This document shows positions 42,175 through 48,994 of a DNA stretch of 64,000 nucleotides, piece after piece (the first letter of the stretch is position 1; every line of letters begins with the position of its first letter). The stretch lies in assembly GCA_963802735.1 (NCBI GenBank), contig CAWDJY010000017.1, positions 94,521 through 158,520 of the forward strand, read 5' to 3'. The notes below the pieces were generated by a model. It did no database searches. It was not told the origin of the DNA and saw nothing but the letters and a program-made list of their open reading frames with translations. The position numbers and the translations under genes are program-made. This DNA is from an uncultured Acidimicrobiaceae bacterium (GTDB lineage: Bacteria; Actinomycetota; Acidimicrobiia; Acidimicrobiales; RAAP-2).

Positions 42175-42855
42175 CTAACCGGATTGGATTAACTCTTCGA
42201 CGAAAGCTTCGAAAGTCCTTGCGTGGTCGTGACCTTTCGCGTTGCAAAAGTTCAGTGGATCGATGTGAATCGCTCGCATTCCCACGCCCATCGCGCCAAC
42301 CACATCGCTGTGCAATGAATCACCAACGTGAACGGCTCTTGCCGGACTCTCACCTAGCGCCTCAAGAGCCAAAAGGAATGGGCGAGGATCCGGCTTCTCA
42401 ATCCCAATGACCTGTGAGTCAATAATGGCCGCAACGCGTTGATGATTGCCGTCCACACTGCACAACTCGACTCTTTCCAGCAATGCGGACAACTCGCCGT
42501 GAACCGTATTGGAGACTACGGCCGCGCCAATTCCGGCAGCGATTAGTTGCGCTAATGCCGCAGTGGCTCCCGGCGCCGGAATCCATGAAGTTCCGAGGTA
42601 CACCTTTTCGGCAAGCTTTGCTCCAGCAGCATCCTGATCGGATGGAGCTACTCCAAGGGCATTTGCAAATCTCCGATTCATAGTGGGCCAGTCCGGTTGC
42701 ACTTGAAGATCGAGCAGTCGGACCATCTCATAATGGGCTCTCCAACAGGTCCCGTTGTCTGGTTCGCAAGAAAAGTCTTTAAGGATGCCTCTAATAACGC
42801 CTGGATCGGGGAGCAATAGAACTCCGTGAGCGTCAAGGGTTATTGCGCGGATCAT
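42175..42855 (-). CDS. HAD-superfamily hydrolase (cassette E)
   Basis: N-terminal ITLDAHGVLL, VSNT, and C-terminal HVGDSLHSDVVGA motifs. Confidence 0.8.
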   Translation of the reverse strand: MIRAITLDAHGVLLLPDPGVIRGILKDFSCEPDNGTCWRAHYEMVRLLDLQVQPDWPTMNRRFANALGVAPSDQDAAGAKLAEKVYLGTSWIPAPGATAALAQLIAAGIGAAVVSNTVHGELSALLERVELCSVDGNHQRVAAIIDSQVIGIEKPDPRPFLLALEALGESPARAVHVGDSLHSDVVGAMGVGMRAIHIDPLNFCNAKGHDHARTFEAFVEELIQSG

Positions 42856-42892
42856 GCCCTCATCATGTCACTGACTCAATCCTCCACTGACT

Positions 42893-42925
42893 GATCCGCC
42901 AGTCGGAGAAAGTGCAGGTCTGCCC
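42893..42925 (+). repeat. Array repeat R6
   Basis: gatccgccagtcggagaaagtgcaggtctgccc. Confidence 0.8.
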
Positions 42926-43085
42926 AGCATGACTTGCATACAACGACGCCTTTGCTACCATCGCAATTGAGCGATGAGGCCCGCCCCTAAAACCGCCGAT
43001 TGACTTCGGTTGATGGCTTCTACCAGCGCAACACGAGAGCTGGTAGGGCCGGTCCGCCGTACCCCTGCCGTGACAGGAGGAAACG

Positions 43086-44297
43086 GTGAACATTTACTAC
43101 GTAATGGCGATTTGGATCGGAATGGCGCTCGTAGCGTCATTCATCAGCATCCGCGTCGGCGTCTCGGTCGCCCTCGTTGAGATCCTGGTCGGCGCGATCT
43201 GCGGCAACATCCCAGGGATCAGGGAGCACGTCCAACAGACGGACTACACGACCTTGCTGGCCGGTATTGGTTCGGTTCTGCTCACGTTCCTCGCCGGAGC
43301 AGAGATCGACCCCGTATCGCTCAAGAAGCATTGGAAGGCCAGCCTCTCGCTAGGTTTTGTCGCTTTCATCCTGCCGCTCATCGGAGCATTCTGTTTTGCG
43401 CGGTTCGTCTTCGACTGGAACTTCCACGGCTCAGAGATTGCCGGCATCGCCCTCAGTACGACGTCAGTAGCGGTGGTCTACGCGGTGATGGTCGAGACCG
43501 GACTCAATCGACACGACATCGGCAAGCTCATACTGGCCGCTTGTTTCGTCTGCGACCTCGGCACAGTTTTGGCGCTCGGGGGACTGTTTGCCACATACGG
43601 CTGGCTCTTACTCGTCTTTGTTGCCGTCACCACGCTTGTCCTTTCATTCCTGCCGAGGACGCTCCGCTGGGTCGTGGCCAACGTCGGGCACAGGGTGAGC
43701 GAACCCGAAGTGAAAATCATCTTTGTCGTCCTGCTGGGCCTTGGCGGCCTCGCCACAGCGGCGGGTAGCGAAGCGGTCTTGCCCGCCTACGTGGCCGGAC
43801 TAGTGGTGGCTGGGGTCTTCATGAACGACCGGGTCATCCTCGATCGAATCCGCACCATCGCCTTCGCTTTGCTCACGCCGTTTTTCTTCCTACGCGCAGG
43901 CACGCTCATCTCAGACTCGGCTCTCATCAAGGGCGCCGGAATCATCGGGACGCTGTTCCTCGTCAAGATGGTGACGAAATTCATTGGGCTCTGGCCCACG
44001 GCCACGGCGTTCAAGTTACCCAAGCGAGAGAGGGCATACACGACGTTGCTCATGGCGACGGGCTTGACCTTCGGGTCAATATCAGCGCTCTTTGGGTTGA
44101 CCCACCATTTCATCAATGAGGCCCAGTACACCGAACTTGTGACCGTGGTGATTCTGTCGGCCTTCGTGCCAACGTTGATCGCTCAGCAGTTCTTCCAGCC
44201 ATCGGTGGGCATTCCGATTGATGAAGAGGAATCTCTCGGCGAAGAAGACATCTCCCTGCCTCACCGTCCTAGAAAACCTGACGCGCCATCCGACTAG
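43086..44297 (+). CDS. Cation:proton antiporter (Na+/H+ exchanger family) (cassette F)
   Basis: SD AGGAGGA followed by GTG. Polytopic, about 11-12 TM, typical CPA-family sequence. Confidence 0.85.
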   Translation: MNIYYVMAIWIGMALVASFISIRVGVSVALVEILVGAICGNIPGIREHVQQTDYTTLLAGIGSVLLTFLAGAEIDPVSLKKHWKASLSLGFVAFILPLIGAFCFARFVFDWNFHGSEIAGIALSTTSVAVVYAVMVETGLNRHDIGKLILAACFVCDLGTVLALGGLFATYGWLLLVFVAVTTLVLSFLPRTLRWVVANVGHRVSEPEVKIIFVVLLGLGGLATAAGSEAVLPAYVAGLVVAGVFMNDRVILDRIRTIAFALLTPFFFLRAGTLISDSALIKGAGIIGTLFLVKMVTKFIGLWPTATAFKLPKRERAYTTLLMATGLTFGSISALFGLTHHFINEAQYTELVTVVILSAFVPTLIAQQFFQPSVGIPIDEEESLGEEDISLPHRPRKPDAPSD

Positions 44298-44328
44298 CCG
44301 ACTCTGGCTCTCCGCCTGACAACCTTGA

Positions 44329-44361
44329 AATCCGCCAGTCGGAGAATGTGTAGGTTGGCCC
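44329..44361 (+). repeat. Array repeat R7
   Basis: aatccgccagtcggagaatgtgtaggttggccc. Confidence 0.85.
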
Positions 44362-44443
44362 ACTGAACACTTCGAGTGGCGTACGTTGAGAATCGAAACA
44401 AGTTTCATGTGTTCGTAATCACCCCCAGTGCGATACTCGAGTC

Positions 44444-45067
44444 GTGCCTCGCGGGTTCGCTTTCTTGTTAGTGCTGTTTCTAACTACAGTCGTCGGACCT
44501 ACTGCGGCAACAGAAACCGGAGCCACCACGCTGAGCGCTTGTACCACCACACAGCTCAACGTGATCTCATACGACGTCTCGGTCGCCACGGGTAGCGTCG
44601 GTGATCTCTTCTGGGTTGCCGACATCGGCGCGCGCGCCTGTACCTTGCGCGGCTACCCGCGAGCTTCCTACTGGGGCAACTACGGCTCAGTCCAGTCGAA
44701 GAAGCCCGCTCAACCCCTGGTGGTTGGCGAGTCGCACGGCAGACGTCGCTTCGACTTCGCAGGTGTTGCGAATGATCGCGCGCTCCCCACGGTCACACTT
44801 TCGCCGGACGGTGCGATCGCATCGTTCTGGATATTCGGCACCGACATGCCGGGACGGCTCGCCGACGGTCACCTGTCAAGATGCATTGTTTCCTATGAGA
44901 TGTGGGTGTCGATGTCGAAGGGACCGTCGGCGGTCATTGTCACTCCGAAAAGAGCCGGGAACTTCGACTGGTGCGGGTCAGTTACGGTCTACCCGGTCGT
45001 CGAGGGCGACACGGGCTCGGACCCCGCATTTCCTCTCGACCGCATGTTCGGCCCAACTCTTCCCTGA
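44444..45067 (+). CDS. Secreted DUF4232-like protein (cassette G)
   Basis: Signal peptide, then ACTTTQLNV...GARACTLRGYPRA. Paralog class of cassette D. Confidence 0.7.
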   Translation: MPRGFAFLLVLFLTTVVGPTAATETGATTLSACTTTQLNVISYDVSVATGSVGDLFWVADIGARACTLRGYPRASYWGNYGSVQSKKPAQPLVVGESHGRRRFDFAGVANDRALPTVTLSPDGAIASFWIFGTDMPGRLADGHLSRCIVSYEMWVSMSKGPSAVIVTPKRAGNFDWCGSVTVYPVVEGDTGSDPAFPLDRMFGPTLP

Positions 45068-45129
45068 CTTCAAAGGTTGCCAGATTCTCTCAACCAATTC
45101 TCGTCAAACACAGACTCACTCCAAGTCCG

Positions 45130-45162
45130 GATTCGCCCATCGGAGAATGTGTACGTCGGTCC
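45130..45162 (+). repeat. Array repeat R8
   Basis: gattcgcccatcggagaatgtgtacgtcggtcc. Confidence 0.85.
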
Positions 45163-45204
45163 AACGATGCCGTTGCAACCTTGGATCAAACCGACAAATG
45201 GAAA

Positions 45205-45669
45205 CTATTGGCAGACCGTGGCAATTGTGGCCTCAATGATGTCCTTCGAATTCCTGCGCACAACAATGTTGCCGCGCGGCGGCGGAGAAGTCGCCTCACT
45301 TGTAGTCAGGTAATAGGTCCCCAGCCCAACCGCAAAAGCGTAGTGACTCAGATGCATACTGGGCCTCAATATCGTGGTTGCAACGACGCGTCCGTTTGAA
45401 CGCACATGGAGTGTGACCGTGAAGGGACGGCGAAGACCGGGGGACGGACCGACACCGCACTCAGAGACGCTCCCGGTGATGATGCTGACTTTGCCCAATG
45501 GCGAACTGGACGCGGCACCGATGTCCAGCGGCAGTACGCAGAGAGTGGCCGACAAAGCAGCGGCGGCAACGCCCCAGCGTCCTAAGCGCCACTTCGAATT
45601 CTGAAAGCCGTATCGCCTTATCTCGCTGACCGGCTCGCCTGATCCTGAGTTGTCGCGTTCATTAGTCAT
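45205..45669 (-). CDS. Membrane-anchored/secreted hypothetical protein (cassette H)
   Basis: Start set at ATG 45669 (MTNERD...). Has a hydrophobic anchor WGVAAAALSATLCVLPL. Confidence 0.55.
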   Translation of the reverse strand: MTNERDNSGSGEPVSEIRRYGFQNSKWRLGRWGVAAAALSATLCVLPLDIGAASSSPLGKVSIITGSVSECGVGPSPGLRRPFTVTLHVRSNGRVVATTILRPSMHLSHYAFAVGLGTYYLTTSEATSPPPRGNIVVRRNSKDIIEATIATVCQ

Positions 45670-45863
45670 CAACACCCCTTCTCTTCGGCTATGTCCTACC
45701 ACCACGAGAACTTTCCCGACGAGAGGGATTTCACATGATCGTCAATGATCCGCAGCCATCTTCGACCAGGCAGACAGGAGAGTGTCAACAGGGCGGCAAT
45801 TCGCGTGAAACGGCACCGTCACAATCATCGACCCTTTCAAGCGCAGCCTCATCTCCACTCTTT

Positions 45864-45896
45864 GAGTCGCAACTCGGAGATTGTGGACGTCGGCCC
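45864..45896 (+). repeat. Array repeat R9
   Basis: gagtcgcaactcggagattgtggacgtcggccc. Confidence 0.85.
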
Positions 45897-45974
45897 TTCG
45901 GTTAATTCAAATCGCCCTTTGGGTAACGGTTGCGAAATGCGCTACGAATACACCGAGGTATAAACTCCAGTCGG

Positions 45975-46012
45975 CAACAAGGGCTGGCGGGAATTGGGCT
46001 CCGCCCTTGTTG
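45975..46012. other. Perfect 10-bp inverted repeat (hairpin) in the ORF-less 291-bp unit
   Basis: CAACAAGGGC-n18-GCCCTTGTTG. A left-arm half-site actccagtcgg lies at 45964-45974 and overlaps its start. Confidence 0.6.
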
Positions 46013-46154
46013 ACCTACCCGCGGCGGGTTGGGAACTCATCATGGCAGTTCCCATCATCGGGCCGACCGCGATTATCCCGGGCACTTCCGGAAGCAGAAC
46101 AGAAGCCATCGTTCACTACTTTCGCCGACCATTAGATTGAGTCTCCCACGAACA

Positions 46155-46187
46155 GATTCGCCAGTCGGAGAATGTGTAGGTCGGCCC
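46155..46187 (+). repeat. Array repeat R10
   Basis: gattcgccagtcggagaatgtgtaggtcggccc (closest to the consensus). Confidence 0.88.
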
Positions 46188-46217
46188 TCTGATACGACCA
46201 AGTCCGATGCACCGTTG

Positions 46218-46997
46218 CTAATGCCGAGCGGCCGTCACCCACCCGAACTCCGATGAGACTCGAAGTCCGCCCCGTTGGTCAAACCGTGGGGTCAAGGTTT
46301 CGTTGAGTTCCTCACAAAACTGATCGTATCCAATCGTCTCAATCGCCGGAACTGAGGGGCCTGCGGCGGCCAGCGCTCGGACCGCGGTCGCTACGTCGGG
46401 CCACTCGTTGGTCACGGTGACTTCGCCACGTTCAAGAAGATGAAACCCTGTCGCTTCCAGCATCCCCTCAATGACTCCCGGCCTACCGGTGTCGCCCTGT
46501 TCCACGCTCGCCGAACCGTGGCTCTGAGGAGAGTGTTCGATTATCTTGAGGAAGTAGGGCAAGAGTCCCAGGTTCGCGTATCGACCCCAAAACGTCATTC
46601 CGAATACTCCACCGTCGATCAAAACTCGGCGCACCTCGGTAAGTGCTGCTTCGCATCCTTTCCAAATGCCATTGAATGAAACGCCGCGATCGAAGGATCC
46701 GTCGTTGAAGGGAAGAGCGAACATGTCCCCCACACGAAAATCGCTCTCCGGTGATCTCAGTCGAGCAATCTCGATCAATGGTGCGGCGGCATCTATGCCC
46801 GCGACCTCGGCGCCTTTCAGGGCGGCGAGGCGTGCGGCGTATCCTGAACCGCACGCAACGTCGAGCAGGCGCGTTCCGGGACCGACTTCCAATTTGCGAA
46901 GTATGAGCTCATTCGCTGGGAGTGAATACGGCTCGAATAGATAGGCCCACTCACGAGCTCGCTCACCCCAGCCCCGGCCGGCCTCTTCCCAGTCCAT
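46218..46997 (-). CDS. Class I SAM-dependent methyltransferase (cassette J)
   Basis: LLDVACGSGYAA motif I, then DMFALPFNDGSFD. Confidence 0.85.
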   Translation of the reverse strand: MDWEEAGRGWGERAREWAYLFEPYSLPANELILRKLEVGPGTRLLDVACGSGYAARLAALKGAEVAGIDAAAPLIEIARLRSPESDFRVGDMFALPFNDGSFDRGVSFNGIWKGCEAALTEVRRVLIDGGVFGMTFWGRYANLGLLPYFLKIIEHSPQSHGSASVEQGDTGRPGVIEGMLEATGFHLLERGEVTVTNEWPDVATAVRALAAAGPSVPAIETIGYDQFCEELNETLTPRFDQRGGLRVSSEFGWVTAARH

Positions 46998-47108
46998 TGC
47001 ACCTCCTGCACATCGTCAAATCATCGGTTCTGTGAAATTCATGGTCAGATTATCCAAATAACCTTCACCCGATGACGGATTCTTCAAATTGGAGTGCCTC
47101 CGCTTCTG

Positions 47109-47141
47109 CAGTCGCCACTCGGAGATCGTTGATGACGGCCC
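47109..47141 (+). repeat. Array repeat R11
   Basis: cagtcgccactcggagatcgttgatgacggccc. Confidence 0.8.
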
Positions 47142-47182
47142 GGGGACCTCTTCGCCTTCGTCTTCGTCGTTATGGTGGTGAG

Positions 47183-48319
47183 GTGAAGGCGAGATTTGCC
47201 CTTAGAGCGTGTTCGCTGATCGCTGCGGCTCTGATTTTCCTCACTTCCATCGTCGTTTCCCCGGGCGCGCTCGCATCAACAGGGTCGATACAGACGCCGG
47301 TTCTTCTGATTCGAGCGGGATCGTCGAAGGTCTTCTATGTGGTGACGACAAGTGGCTGCCACTCGCCGGCGTGCTTACGAATGTACCGAACCGACAGTCA
47401 CGCGACGACATTTACGCGCGTATCGCCACCGCCGGTAGCTCGTGAGCAAGGAGGGACGGCGGGCACGACGTTGGACGACGTCGTTTTCGCCAACGCCAAC
47501 GATGGCTACGCCACCGTAGGGAATTACTCGCCGTCGGCTCTCTACGTGACGGTGAACGGCGCGCGGACGTGGCGACGAGTCATGGGCGCGAAGGATCTCA
47601 CGATCTCGGTGGCGATGACGAGGAATGAGATCTTCGTAACTTCGGTCACGTGTCGGCCCCGAAGCATCGTTTGTGGCCAGTTCACGACGCGACGCGCGTC
47701 GCTCACAGCGAAGGACTGGGTGACCCTGCCGAGGTTGTGGAAGACCGGGACGGGTCGGAAGGAAACGTACTACGGACCATCGCTGGCTGCCTTCGGCAAC
47801 ACGGTCTGGGAGCTCCAGACGGGGTCCGAGACGTACTTGTGGACCTCGCACGACAACGGGCGCACGTTTGCGCGGATAGAAGAGAGGTTTCCTGCACTCG
47901 CGAGCGTGAGCGGCTGCACGATCACGCCGAAGAGCTCCGTCTCGCTTTGGGCGGAGTGCCCAACGGGCATGCAGGAGTCCTTTTGGCACTCTGAGAACGG
48001 TGGTGCCACGTGGTCGCCGGCGAGCCCCAACGATCTCCAGTTCATGGGCACCGGCGGCGGTTCATTCGATCCGATTACGTCGAACGTGGCCGTGCTGGAC
48101 TACGGGGCCGTAGCGACTCCGCCCGACCTTTATCGAATCAGCGACGGAGGCGCACTCTTCACGCCTATCGGCGAAGTGCGCTGCACCAACGTTTCCCCAA
48201 TGATCTTCACGAACATATCTGACGGCCTGATGGTATGCGGCCTCAACTCCACGACGGTTGTACGTCGTACGAGCAACGGAGGAGCGACCTGGGAGAACGT
48301 TGCGCTGCCGCGATGGTGA
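47183..48319 (+). CDS. Secreted BNR/Asp-box repeat protein (cassette K)
   Basis: Signal peptide plus repeated SxDxGxTW-like boxes (TVNGARTW, SHDNGRTF, SENGGATW, TSNGGATW). GTG 47183 chosen. An alternative ATG at 47132 lies inside R11. Confidence 0.7.
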   Translation: MKARFALRACSLIAAALIFLTSIVVSPGALASTGSIQTPVLLIRAGSSKVFYVVTTSGCHSPACLRMYRTDSHATTFTRVSPPPVAREQGGTAGTTLDDVVFANANDGYATVGNYSPSALYVTVNGARTWRRVMGAKDLTISVAMTRNEIFVTSVTCRPRSIVCGQFTTRRASLTAKDWVTLPRLWKTGTGRKETYYGPSLAAFGNTVWELQTGSETYLWTSHDNGRTFARIEERFPALASVSGCTITPKSSVSLWAECPTGMQESFWHSENGGATWSPASPNDLQFMGTGGGSFDPITSNVAVLDYGAVATPPDLYRISDGGALFTPIGEVRCTNVSPMIFTNISDGLMVCGLNSTTVVRRTSNGGATWENVALPRW

Positions 48320-48340
48320 TCGTCAGGATTCGGTCGCTCC

Positions 48341-48371
48341 GGATCAGTCGGAGCGGTGTAGAAAGTGCCCC
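48341..48371 (+). repeat. Array repeat R12 (degenerate, terminal)
   Basis: ggatcagtcggagcggtgtagaaagtgcccc. Left arm is kept, right arm diverged. Confidence 0.55.
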
Positions 48372-48560
48372 TCTCGGTTCGAGTGACGCTGCAAGAGCCA
48401 CGTCGAAGATCGTCGGGCAATCTTGTACGCCAAGTCCGTTCGAGGTGATACCTCTCGACGCACTCCGCGAGCAGCTGGCTGCCGTCTCGTTCATGTTTCA
48501 TTGCTAGAACGGTTCTATGCGTTGTCGACCAACACGTCACGAGCCAGGGACGCTCACGGG

Positions 48561-48833
48561 ATGATCCGTTTCGCCGTAAAGGTTCATCCCGGGTCGACCA
48601 CGATCAGCGTCGGCGGCAGCTACGACGGCGCTCTCCAGGTTCGTGTACGCGCCCGGGCGATCGACAACGCAGCGACGAATGAGGTGTGCGCCGTTCTCGC
48701 CGACGCCTTTGGCGTTCGCCCTGGTGCGGTGCGGTGCGTGCGAGGTGCACGTTCTCGAATCAAACTCATCGCTATTACGGGCAACGACGACGTCCTCGCG
48801 GCTCGGCTCGACACCCTGCTGTCGTCAAGCTAG
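48561..48833 (+). CDS. DUF167 (YggU-like) protein
   Basis: MIRFAVKVHPGS...IDNAATNEV...GARSRIKLI pattern. Confidence 0.75.
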   Translation: MIRFAVKVHPGSTTISVGGSYDGALQVRVRARAIDNAATNEVCAVLADAFGVRPGAVRCVRGARSRIKLIAITGNDDVLAARLDTLLSSS

Positions 48834-48994
48834 GGCGCCGTTGGCTCGACGTCGCAACGGTGCGGAGAAATGCCGTCGACTCTCTACTCCAAACCACGGG
48901 CCCTTACTGATGGGCTGCGAAGGTCGCCGTTTCTCATCAAACTGTAAGTCGATTCTTCCGAGAAACGGTTTCGAGACTCCTAGGCTTAAGTCAC

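Larger units (their letters stand above)
38108..48371 (+). other. Array of about 11 single-gene cassettes bounded by co-oriented ~33-nt repeats
   Basis: See the individual repeat features. Intervals are 291-1436 bp with one ORF per interval on either strand. AT-richer than the flanks. Confidence 0.65.

Noticed and set aside
45881-46135. 84-aa ORF filling the short R9-R10 unit
   Set aside because: It starts inside repeat R9, has no SD and an implausible composition. It is not supported as a gene.
47072-47182. Longer N-terminus for the BNR protein (starts at 47072 or ATG 47132)
   Set aside because: Both would begin before or inside repeat R11. GTG 47183, directly before the signal peptide, is preferred, although ATG 47132 (MTARGPLRLRLRR...) cannot be excluded.
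38108-48371. The repeat array as a CRISPR array
   Set aside because: The 'spacers' are 290-1440 bp and contain full ORFs. The repeats are imperfect and no cas genes are present.
38108-48371. The repeats as classical integron attC sites
   Set aside because: No R''/L''...L'/R' imperfect palindrome could be folded from any inter-ORF spacer. GTTGAC/GTTGAT occurs in only 3 copies and does not fit GTTRRRY cleanly. No IntI-type tyrosine recombinase is in the window.
48366-48390. tRNA-like T-loop (ctcGGTTCGAGTgacgc) just after terminal repeat R12, suggesting a tRNA/tmRNA integration target
   Set aside because: The flanking 5-mers (CTCGG / GACGC) are not complementary, so no T-stem forms, and no acceptor or anticodon arms could be built.
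48130-48540. 136-aa minus-strand ORF spanning R12
   Set aside because: It overlaps the 3' end of the BNR gene by about 190 nt and runs through the repeat. No start context or family signal.
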